Below, one piece after another: positions 8,949 to 16,657 of a stretch of 25,594 bases of DNA (the first letter of the stretch is position 1; each line of letters opens with the position of its first letter). Made by a program: the position numbers and the translations under genes. Under the pieces are notes generated by a model. The model made no database searches, was not told the origin of the DNA, and saw only the letters and a list, made by a program, of their open reading frames with translations. This DNA comes from Bdellovibrionales bacterium (GTDB lineage: Bacteria; Bdellovibrionota; Bdellovibrionia; Bdellovibrionales; JAGQZY01), in contig JANPLN010000022.1 of assembly GCA_031426555.1 (NCBI GenBank), forward strand, positions 1 through 25,594, given 5' to 3'.

Positions 8949-9850
8949 TGTCTCTTCTCCAAAATCGAATTGACCACACGATAGGTGTTCGCATAGGCCT
9001 CAACAGTTTTTTCAATAGGTTTTGCGTACCCTCCACCCAAGGCTAACGAAATAGGGATGTTGGATTGCAATGCGTATTCGAGGACAATTTTATCTCTCTC
9101 CATAAGTCCCGCAAAACTTAAGGACATCTTTCCGAGGGAATCGTAAATCAAGGGATCCACTCCAGTTTGGTAAAAGATAAAATCGGGGTTAAAATTTTCA
9201 ATACTCTGCATGCCAACATTGAGAGCTGCCAGATACTCCTTATCCTCAACTCCCGTGGGCAAAGCCATATCCAGATGCGACGGAACTTTGATAAATGGAA
9301 AATTCTTTTCACCATGAATGCTGAAGATAAAAACATTTTTATCTTTGCCAAGAATGCTCGAGTTCCCGTTACCCTGGTGCACGTCGAGATCGATAATGGC
9401 AATGCGGAGATCAGGATTTTCGCGGTGAAAGTACCGAGTCGCCACGGCAATATCGTTAAACACACAGTAGCCGCCCCCAGCATCGTAAAGCGCATGATGG
9501 GTCCCTCCCGCAAGATTGCCGGAGATGCCGTCTTTAAAAGCATTCTTGGCTGCGGCCAGCGCCCCGCCAACGGTGGCACAACTTCTTAAAAAAAGATTGT
9601 AGCTCCATGGAAACCCAATTTTTTTAATCATGAGAGGGTCCACAGAGCCATCTCTTATGGAGGCGATGTATTGGGGATGGTGAGCCAAGAGGAGTTCGTC
9701 CTCTGTGGCCAGCGGGCTTTCGATGAGATCCGCAGCAGCTATTATTTTGTGTTCGAGCAAGTAATCACGAAGTTGTTTATATTTACTCATCGGAAAGCGA
9801 TGAGTGTCAGGCAACTCAAGGGAGTAATAGTCCGAGAAAAAAACCTTCAT
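8945..9850 (-). CDS. Histone deacetylase family Zn-dependent amidohydrolase (class IV/HDAC11-like)
   Basis: HRFPMSKY, NLAGGTHHA, GYCVFNDIAV, DLDVHQGNG, GVDPLIYDSLG, LGGGY. Confidence 0.93.
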   Translation of the reverse strand: MKVFFSDYYSLELPDTHRFPMSKYKQLRDYLLEHKIIAAADLIESPLATEDELLLAHHPQYIASIRDGSVDPLMIKKIGFPWSYNLFLRSCATVGGALAAAKNAFKDGISGNLAGGTHHALYDAGGGYCVFNDIAVATRYFHRENPDLRIAIIDLDVHQGNGNSSILGKDKNVFIFSIHGEKNFPFIKVPSHLDMALPTGVEDKEYLAALNVGMQSIENFNPDFIFYQTGVDPLIYDSLGKMSLSFAGLMERDKIVLEYALQSNIPISLALGGGYAKPIEKTVEAYANTYRVVNSILEKRQ

Positions 9851-9858
9851 AAGTCCTA

Positions 9859-9887
9859 AAGTTCTGTTTCTAGGGGACCAATGTCAA
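9859..9887 (-). promoter_or_regulatory. Putative sigma70 promoter for HDAC-HAD (leaderless or very short leader)
   Basis: Perfect TTGACA-17 nt-GAACTT, 8 nt before ATG 9850. Confidence 0.5.
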
Positions 9888-9895
9888 GTGTCGGC

Positions 9896-10846
9896 TCAGA
9901 AAAGCTCTTGGTTCAGATCTAAATTGATAGGAAGGAGCTCTACTTCGGGAATAGTAAAACCAAAGGCTTTCGCTGCGGAGGAGATTGTTTGCTCGGCACT
10001 CCCGGTTGTGTAGTATTTTTGCGACGGAGACTGGGCGGGAGCCAATTTAAGATGCAATTCATTGCTCACGATCACCGCAGGATCCACCAAGGTCCATTTT
10101 GGAAAAAGTCGGGTAATGTGGTTTTCCACTGCGGGGTAATGTGTGCAGGCCAGGACTAAAGCGTCGAATTGGTTGATGTCATATTTTGCAAATATTCTGC
10201 GGAGCATTGGTAGCACATCCTCGTCAGAAAGCATCCCAGCTTCAATCAGCCCCGAAAGCGGTTGAGCGCTTTGCTCTGTGACGTCCAACTTTGATAACGA
10301 ATCGCGATAAATATGCGATTGCACCGTGGCATCTCCGCCAATAACACCAATGCGCTGAAAGGAGCTCACGCGCAAAAAACGAATTGCGGGTGTGATGACA
10401 TCGTAAATCGGAGCGTGGAAATTATTTTTATATTGCACGCGCAAGTCGGCCTTTTGCAAAACTTCTGAACTCGTTTGTAAAAGTGCAGCACTGGCGGCGT
10501 TGCAGGCCACCACAATGCCGTCACAGCCTTTGGACTCGAGCCAGTGAAATATTTTTTGCAATCGTTGTGTGAGCTCGACCGCAGACAACGTTCCGTAAGG
10601 TGTGAAGCCCGCATCGGAAAAATAAGTGATTTGCAAATTCGGTTCGTGTTTTAAAACCTCGGCCAGCACAGTGAGACCACCTATGCCCCAATCCACAAAT
10701 CCTAAGTGGGAATGCTTTACGGGTACGATAGGCTCTCCACGTGCTTTGAATGCACGGGTCCTGTATCGAAGGCGATAATGCGCGAGTTCCAGCCCACATT
10801 GAGCAATTCCACTTTTTGGCCTGGAAAGCGACTTTCCAAATACCAT
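9896..10846 (-). CDS. murI: Glutamate racemase-like (Asp/Glu racemase family), variant active site; true start uncertain
   Basis: LGFVDWGIGGLTVL, SDAGFTPYG, VVACNAAS and LACTHYP (both catalytic Cys present). Homology begins near 10710; the nearest upstream ATG/GTG/TTG start is ATG 10846, 130 nt inside the upstream gene. Confidence 0.8.
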   Translation of the reverse strand: MVFGKSLSRPKSGIAQCGLELAHYRLRYRTRAFKARGEPIVPVKHSHLGFVDWGIGGLTVLAEVLKHEPNLQITYFSDAGFTPYGTLSAVELTQRLQKIFHWLESKGCDGIVVACNAASAALLQTSSEVLQKADLRVQYKNNFHAPIYDVITPAIRFLRVSSFQRIGVIGGDATVQSHIYRDSLSKLDVTEQSAQPLSGLIEAGMLSDEDVLPMLRRIFAKYDINQFDALVLACTHYPAVENHITRLFPKWTLVDPAVIVSNELHLKLAPAQSPSQKYYTTGSAEQTISSAAKAFGFTIPEVELLPINLDLNQELF

Positions 10847-12660
10847 TTCATTTCATGTTCCGAGCGAATGGGATTGTAGGCCAACATTTTTTTCCAAGCT
10901 GCGGACTGAACCATTTTTTTAAGCGGCGCCGAAAACTGCTGCTGAGTTAAATTTTGCATCACCTGGCGGGTTTTCGATTGCACGAATTTTGGAGTTTCAG
11001 CGATTTTTACCGGAGCGGCCACCATATCTAACACCAAAAAGCGTCCACCGGGCTTTAACACGCGCAAGATTTCTTTCATGCACGGGTCCCAGTCTAAGTA
11101 GCGAAACGCCAAGGTCGACATCACCACATCAAAAGAGTTATCAGCAAACGGAACACGGGGACCGTTGATTTTTTGAAAAGAGAGTTTTGAATTCGAACGT
11201 CGGCACTTTTGCGCCTGGGCAATCATTCCTTGCGACAAATCAACGCCCACGCCATTTGTAAAGTGTGGAGACAGTTGATTGAGAAACGCTCCATTGCCAC
11301 AGCCAATATCCAGCACGCTTTGTGGTTGAAGTTGAGCGAGCTTGCTCTCCAGCCACACCAGTTCGTCAGAGCGCACCTGAATATCTTGAAAGGTGTCTTC
11401 GTACATCTCGGCCACGGAGTCATAAGTCGTGTCCGCAGTCTCTTCCGAAGGTTCAAAGGCTAACATTTTATCTGCAGGGCAGAGCTGCGAGTATTTTTTG
11501 ACCGAGCCTAAAACACCGTGGGATTTTTTACCAGGGCAAGCGATAATATACAGATTCTTTTTGCTCGCTAGGGGATGCAGTTTTTCCCAGGCAAATCGAT
11601 CGGGGCGACTCGAAACAGTCGTGTAGTTGTGGTACCCATGGGCTTTTACCTTGAGAGTGCGCGCGATAAACGGCGCAAACCAACGACCCGACCGGCAAGC
11701 GTGGAAGAAAAATTCAGAGCTTTGCAAAATTGGCAGCTGCATGGTTTTCCATTCAAACGGGCTAAATTGCTCGGGCCACTGACGGCTTCCAAACATGATT
11801 CCATACATTCCGCTATGACCAAAAAAATGAAAGTTCTTAACCTGGAAATTATTTTTCTTAAGCTCGGCAAAAATTCGCAAAAAATCTTTTTTCGATTCAA
11901 CACGTTCGCACACCACAGGTCTTGCTGCCACAGCGCTGAGTTCGCGAGCTTTGGTTTGCGCCGCTTTTTCAAACTCCCGTCCACCCTCGCGATAGTGCGT
12001 GGTGTACATTATCAAATCGCAGTGGCCCTGGAGTGCGATGGCCGTCGGGCTTTGCACCGGCCAGGCTTGCTCTTCGAGAATTTCACGAGTGTCATTAGGA
12101 ACCCAGGCACCGGTGTCATCAGAAACTGTAAAGGTAGTGCGAGATTTCAAAGCATAAACTTTCATACGATGGATCGGCGGATTATAAATATGCAGAGTGA
12201 GTCCATCAGTGTCCAAGCAGCGCATGGAGTGAATGTCGCCTTGCTCTACCGGAATCAAATCACCGGGGGCGTAATGGACGTGTTTGTCGTAGGCTTCAAG
12301 GCCCGAGTCAGTAAAGCGATAACCGGTCTCAATGTAGTTTCCTTGTAAAACGAAAACATACCCATTGGAGGAGCCGTGATCGTGGGGAAGGCATTCTTCA
12401 CCCTGCTTCCAGCTGGCGACCATCACTTCGAGTGTGTCCGTCACGATAAGCTTGTTGCGATAGTAAGATTCCTCGGGGCGGAGTGGTTCTTGAATAAATT
12501 GTTGCAGAGGTTGAAGTTCCATCTTCAGCGCGTTTAAAGTTGCAGAATGTTTTGGATTTTGTAAAAAGCGTTGGACCAAACTTTGGAGCGATGAAGAGCT
12601 TGCGGTTGTGGCAGAGTTTATGGAATCATATGCTGCATTGGAAGATGCGTTTGTAGACAT
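10717..12660 (-). CDS. Three-domain fusion: cysteine dioxygenase-type cupin + caspase-like (clan CD/DUF4347-like) His-Cys domain + class I SAM-dependent methyltransferase
   Basis: Likely ATG 12660 (GAGG SD). CDO: YYRNKL, W...PHDHG, IHSM, LHIYNPP. Middle: FHFFGHSG ... FFFHACRSG. C-terminal: VLDIGCGNG, GVDLSQGMI, PFADNSFDVV, RVLKPGG. Confidence 0.8.
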   Translation of the reverse strand: MSTNASSNAAYDSINSATTASSSSLQSLVQRFLQNPKHSATLNALKMELQPLQQFIQEPLRPEESYYRNKLIVTDTLEVMVASWKQGEECLPHDHGSSNGYVFVLQGNYIETGYRFTDSGLEAYDKHVHYAPGDLIPVEQGDIHSMRCLDTDGLTLHIYNPPIHRMKVYALKSRTTFTVSDDTGAWVPNDTREILEEQAWPVQSPTAIALQGHCDLIMYTTHYREGGREFEKAAQTKARELSAVAARPVVCERVESKKDFLRIFAELKKNNFQVKNFHFFGHSGMYGIMFGSRQWPEQFSPFEWKTMQLPILQSSEFFFHACRSGRWFAPFIARTLKVKAHGYHNYTTVSSRPDRFAWEKLHPLASKKNLYIIACPGKKSHGVLGSVKKYSQLCPADKMLAFEPSEETADTTYDSVAEMYEDTFQDIQVRSDELVWLESKLAQLQPQSVLDIGCGNGAFLNQLSPHFTNGVGVDLSQGMIAQAQKCRRSNSKLSFQKINGPRVPFADNSFDVVMSTLAFRYLDWDPCMKEILRVLKPGGRFLVLDMVAAPVKIAETPKFVQSKTRQVMQNLTQQQFSAPLKKMVQSAAWKKMLAYNPIRSEHEMKWYLESRFPGQKVELLNVGWNSRIIAFDTGPVHSKHVESLSYP

Positions 12661-12823
12661 GCTTTGGACCTCTATAGATAGATGATCTTGTAACACATCA
12701 CATTAAGCTTAAAGCACTGAAAATATTACAATCGGGACAAGAATTAGTTTAGAAAGGGCTTTTACATGGACAATAACACGCCGCTCAACTAAACGTCCCA
12801 GTGTCTAATTAAAAGGAGATTGT

Positions 12824-13219
12824 ATGAAATTATTTTTAGGTTTGGTTCTTTTGGTATCAAGCATGGCTTTCGCAGGTTCCACTTCTGGAACAAAGTTACA
12901 AAAACAAGTTGTTAAAATGGGAACGTGTGCTGGTAAATACGCTCTTGAAGGAACTGAAGTGACCTTCACGACCGAGAAAAAATCTGTTTACGGTCAAAAA
13001 GCAAACATGCTGATGATGACGTTTGCTCCAGGCGCTTATGCTGCTGATGCTTATACAACGGACGATGCTTACTCTTACACGATGTCTGATGAAGAGGGCG
13101 AAGCTGTTTCTGTTGCCTACAGTCCTTGGAAAGTAACAGGATCAAAAGTTCTTGTATACGTTCAGGGTGAATGGCTTTCATTAACTATCGGATTTAAATC
13201 TAAGACTTGCTGGTTTTAA
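12824..13219 (+). CDS. Small secreted hypothetical protein
   Basis: AAAGGAG SD, signal peptide MKLFLGLVLLVSSMAFA-G, codon usage suggesting high expression (GCT/ACT/TCT/GGT), own terminator. Confidence 0.85.
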   Translation: MKLFLGLVLLVSSMAFAGSTSGTKLQKQVVKMGTCAGKYALEGTEVTFTTEKKSVYGQKANMLMMTFAPGAYAADAYTTDDAYSYTMSDEEGEAVSVAYSPWKVTGSKVLVYVQGEWLSLTIGFKSKTCWF

Positions 13220-13255
13220 TTAGCCAGTTTTATTTATTTTAGGTTAAAATCGAAG

Positions 13256-13285
13256 AACCCGCTAATGAGCGGGTTTTTTGTTTTT
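13256..13285 (+). terminator. Rho-independent terminator
   Basis: Hairpin AACCCGCT-AATG-AGCGGGTT followed by TTTTGTTTTT. Confidence 0.85.
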
Positions 13286-13298
13286 GGAGCCTGATCAT

Positions 13299-14795
13299 AT
13301 GCGTTCTCTCATTAATTTTGAATCTCCCAGCGGAGCTAGAATTCAAAGTCATATTCAGTGGCTTGTGCCCTTTGTTTTCGCTCTAGTGCTCTTTGCTTAT
13401 CTACTCATTCAATCGGTTCCTTCTGGCGTTAACGGTTACTTCTATCTTAAGCAGATCAAATATTTTTTCGAAACAGGTCAACTGTACTTTCAAGATCGAT
13501 CATTGGCATTTTCGCTCCCATTTATACTTCGATATTTTCTACCAACCGATCTTTTAGCTTATCACTTGAGTGTGGGCGTTTTGCTCACAGCATTTTGTGT
13601 TTTGCAAGGACGAATGGCTCTGCGCTTGGCTCATTGTTTCACGTCCAATTCCGCTCCCAATTCCACCGCAATTACCACGTCTCTCAAAAACACTTTTTTG
13701 ATTGTGCTGCTGCTCACGGTGCTATTTTTCACTCACCCGCACATTCTGTTTTTTGGACTTAATTTTTATAAAAATCTTTTTGCTGTGGTGTTCGTTTTGC
13801 TTGGAATCGATCAACATTTTGTATTTACAACCACTGCTAAGAAAAAATCTATAGCGATTTCGATCCTGGCTTTTGTCGTCGCTGTATTGGCCCATAAAAG
13901 CAGTTTGATATTGTGCGGGGCATGGATGGTGGCGGCCTTTGTTTTCCATTTTCAAAAGCAGCGAAGGTTTTTATTACTTGTGCCGGTGCTGCTTGCAGTT
14001 CTGTTTGTGGCGTTTCTATTTTATTTTCCCCGAGCCTCTGCCTATATTTCGTTTTTGCAATCGGGGTTTCATTTTTCTACCGATTACGTATTATGGCTAA
14101 AGAGTCAGACGCGCCTTGGGAATTTTATTTTTGGTGGGTATATCACGCTGGCAGTTTTGGCAGGCTACCTCATTGTCACGTTTAAAAGTGCAAGCACGCC
14201 ATTTCGTGTTTACGGCCTGTGGATGTTGAGCGTTTTGTTATTTGCGCTTTTGCCTATTCACTCCATCGGGCAGAATCAGTTGGGATATCGGTGGTTGTTA
14301 ATGAGCTTAGGGCTTTCGCTGCCTCTGGTGGCGGCCGTGTGCGTGCGTTACCGATTTATCGGCGGCATACTTCTCGGGTTGCATCTAGGGCAGTGGATGT
14401 ACGCGGTTCCACTGCATCGTTATTTTTTAGATTTTCAAAAGCATCAAGAAAACTTTCAGCAAATTACAAAATTTGTCGACGGCGAGGATTATCTGATCGC
14501 GCACCACGGTTTGGAATTTTACATCGATTACACCACCGGCCTTCGTGCCCGTATCTTTCTGCCCGAAAGTAAGCCCGCAAACGGAGAGGTCTTCCGCATC
14601 GTGCATGTTCCCTTCGGCGCCCTCCGCTGGCAACCCCTGCGAATCGCAGTGAATCAAAGAGCCATCCTCCGGATCACCCGCGAATACTTTTTACTCACCG
14701 AAGCCCAGTGGCTCGACGCCCGCAAAGCCGCCATCTTCCCTCCCGAAAGCTGGCAAATCCCCATGGACAAAAACCCCGGCCACGTCTACCAGTAG
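13299..14795 (+). CDS. Polytopic membrane protein, possibly GT-C-type glycosyltransferase-like
   Basis: ATG 13299 with GGAG SD; about 11-12 hydrophobic segments; conserved-looking first loop PSGVNGYFYLKQI...GQLYFQD; soluble C-terminal domain (LIAHHGLEFYIDY). Confidence 0.6.
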   Translation: MRSLINFESPSGARIQSHIQWLVPFVFALVLFAYLLIQSVPSGVNGYFYLKQIKYFFETGQLYFQDRSLAFSLPFILRYFLPTDLLAYHLSVGVLLTAFCVLQGRMALRLAHCFTSNSAPNSTAITTSLKNTFLIVLLLTVLFFTHPHILFFGLNFYKNLFAVVFVLLGIDQHFVFTTTAKKKSIAISILAFVVAVLAHKSSLILCGAWMVAAFVFHFQKQRRFLLLVPVLLAVLFVAFLFYFPRASAYISFLQSGFHFSTDYVLWLKSQTRLGNFIFGGYITLAVLAGYLIVTFKSASTPFRVYGLWMLSVLLFALLPIHSIGQNQLGYRWLLMSLGLSLPLVAAVCVRYRFIGGILLGLHLGQWMYAVPLHRYFLDFQKHQENFQQITKFVDGEDYLIAHHGLEFYIDYTTGLRARIFLPESKPANGEVFRIVHVPFGALRWQPLRIAVNQRAILRITREYFLLTEAQWLDARKAAIFPPESWQIPMDKNPGHVYQ

Positions 14796-14814
14796 GTGCC
14801 AGGTCCAGTTCAAT

Positions 14815-14871
14815 AAAAGGTACGCCGTTCCGCTTGCGGTACGCCGTACCTTTTGGTTGAGATCTGCGTCA
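14815..14871. repeat. 57-bp palindromic REP-like element, copy 2 (same orientation as copy 1)
   Basis: AAAAGGTACGCCGTTCCGcttgcGGTACGCCGTACCTTTTGGTTGAGAtcTGCGTCA, between convergent genes. Confidence 0.85.
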
Positions 14872-14900
14872 TGAATGGTCGGAGAACAGGATAGGGTGCC

Positions 14901-16289
14901 TTAAAAGATTTTGCCGGGATTGATGATATTATCGGGATCGAATATTTTTTTGATTTGTTTTAGGATTTCGATTTCTTGTGGCGAACGGGAGTAATGCAGG
15001 AACTTCTTTTTTGCAAGGCCCACGCCGTGCTCGGCGCTGACGGAGCCGTCGTATTTGGCGATTTGTTGATAGAGAAGATCGTCGGCGCCCTGGCACTTTT
15101 TGATAAAGTCTTCGCGCGAGAGATCCTTTGGTTTTAATATATTAATGTGTAAATTTCCGTCGCCGATGTGGCCAAACCAAATCACTTCCCAATCGGGGTA
15201 GGATTTTTGAATGATTTCTTGCGTGGTCTTTACAAATTCCGGCGCGCGCGAAACGCGCACAGAAACATCGTTCTTGTACGGCGTGAACGGGGAGATGGAT
15301 TCGCTGATGTACTCGCGCAGACTCCAAAAGTTTTCGCTTTGCGTGGAGTTTTGACTGATCACACCGTCGGAGACCCAGCCGTTTTCTAAGCAATCACTAA
15401 AAAGTGATTCGATGAGCTCTGCAGAATCTTCGCCAGTCTGTTCCACTTCCAATAGCAAATAGAAAGGGGCTTGTGTTTCGAAGGGCGCCGACAATTTTGC
15501 ATGGGCCGCCAAAACCTTCTGCATCGCTTGATGGGAAAAGAACTCACAGGCAGTGACACTCATTTTTTTATTAAAAGTTCGAAATACTTCTAAAGAGTGT
15601 TCGAGGTGGTCCAAACCCAGCACTAAAACTTTGAGTTCTTTGGGCTGGCTGGTCAGTTGAATTTCGATTTGGGTAAAAAACCCAAGGGTGCCTTCGCTGC
15701 CAATCAACAGATGGCGAAGGTCATATCCCGTGGCATTTTTTTTAAGAGATTTATTTAAATAGAGAGATTCGCCAGCTCCGGTCACAACTTTGAGGCCCGA
15801 GATCCAGTTGCGAGTGAGGCCGTACTTTACGACCTTTACCCCTCCAGCGTTCGTTGCCACCGTTCCACCCATTTGGCTCGAACCCACGGCTGCAAAATCC
15901 ACGGGATAGTAGTAGCCTTTTTCTTCGGCAAAGTTTTGCACGGTTTCGGTGATCACGCCCGGTTGAACGGTGAGGACCAGATCGGTTTCGTTAAAGTCTA
16001 AAATTTTATTCATGCGATCAAAGGCGACGACCACTTCTTTGTTCGTCGCTGTGGCTGCAGAGCTTAGTCCTGTGCGCCCACCTGAAGGGACTAAAGGGAT
16101 TTTATGTTTTCGCGCCCACAAAACCAGGTCCACCACATTTTTTTCGTTTTCGGGGAAAACAATCAGCGAAGGATTGGCTGCGTAGTAAATTGACCAGTCT
16201 TTGCCATAGGTTTGCAAGTCGGGGGCAGAGCCTGTGACTTGGTTGGCTGTTAAGATGGTTTGCAGGTCTTTGAGAGCGGCATCAGTCAT
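14901..16289 (-). CDS. FAD-linked oxidoreductase (VAO/GlcD family), probable D-2-hydroxyglutarate dehydrogenase
   Basis: PSGGRTGLS, YYPVDFAAVGSSQMGG..ATNAGG, KNATGYDLRHLLIGSEGTLG, FGHIGDGNLH, SAEHGVG, DPDNIINPGK. Confidence 0.85.
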   Translation of the reverse strand: MTDAALKDLQTILTANQVTGSAPDLQTYGKDWSIYYAANPSLIVFPENEKNVVDLVLWARKHKIPLVPSGGRTGLSSAATATNKEVVVAFDRMNKILDFNETDLVLTVQPGVITETVQNFAEEKGYYYPVDFAAVGSSQMGGTVATNAGGVKVVKYGLTRNWISGLKVVTGAGESLYLNKSLKKNATGYDLRHLLIGSEGTLGFFTQIEIQLTSQPKELKVLVLGLDHLEHSLEVFRTFNKKMSVTACEFFSHQAMQKVLAAHAKLSAPFETQAPFYLLLEVEQTGEDSAELIESLFSDCLENGWVSDGVISQNSTQSENFWSLREYISESISPFTPYKNDVSVRVSRAPEFVKTTQEIIQKSYPDWEVIWFGHIGDGNLHINILKPKDLSREDFIKKCQGADDLLYQQIAKYDGSVSAEHGVGLAKKKFLHYSRSPQEIEILKQIKKIFDPDNIINPGKIF

Positions 16290-16294
16290 GGGTT

Positions 16295-16657
16295 TTATGC
16301 ACTTTCCTTATGAAAGCGTTTTAATGCAACAAAGCACTTTTGGCTATCCAATTCCAAGGTGCTTTTATGTTCGTGTTGAAACCGAATATGCCGGAGCATT
16401 TCAACAAAGATCATGATGCTAAGACCCAATTTGGGCGAGTTGTCATCGCACAGATCTTCTAAAATTTCAGCAAGTGTTGTCGCCTCGTGAACTCCATAGG
16501 TGGTACCCGTGCCGCGTATTTTATGAAATTCATTTTTAAGGTTCTTCAAATCCCGACGAAACCAAAACGTCATAATGCTCTCGATCTTTTCGTCAAAAGA
16601 TTCGAGGTACTCCTGTTTGAGTTCAATAAATAAATCATTGAGTTCGTTTTTCTTCAT
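16295..16657 (-). CDS. Stand-alone Hpt (histidine phosphotransfer) protein
   Basis: EFHKIRGTGTTYG matches HxxKGxxxxxG; ATG 16657 overlaps the kinase stop (ATGA). Confidence 0.85.
   Translation of the reverse strand: MKKNELNDLFIELKQEYLESFDEKIESIMTFWFRRDLKNLKNEFHKIRGTGTTYGVHEATTLAEILEDLCDDNSPKLGLSIMIFVEMLRHIRFQHEHKSTLELDSQKCFVALKRFHKESA

Noticed and set aside
11575..12348. 257-aa antisense ORF, and the other short antisense or alternate-frame ORFs in the track
   Set aside because: They lie within well-supported genes, lack recognisable motifs or RBS, and read as shadows.
12688..12704. TTGTAACACATCACATT as a CRP/Rex-type operator upstream of the fusion gene
   Set aside because: Half-site spacing (4 nt) fits neither consensus and it occurs once; not supportable.
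6595..14871. The two 57-bp repeats as a CRISPR array or integron attC sites
   Set aside because: Only two copies 8.2 kb apart, no spacers or cas genes; no RYYYAAC/GTTRRRY ends shared by both copies; no integrase; several genes in both orientations lie between them.
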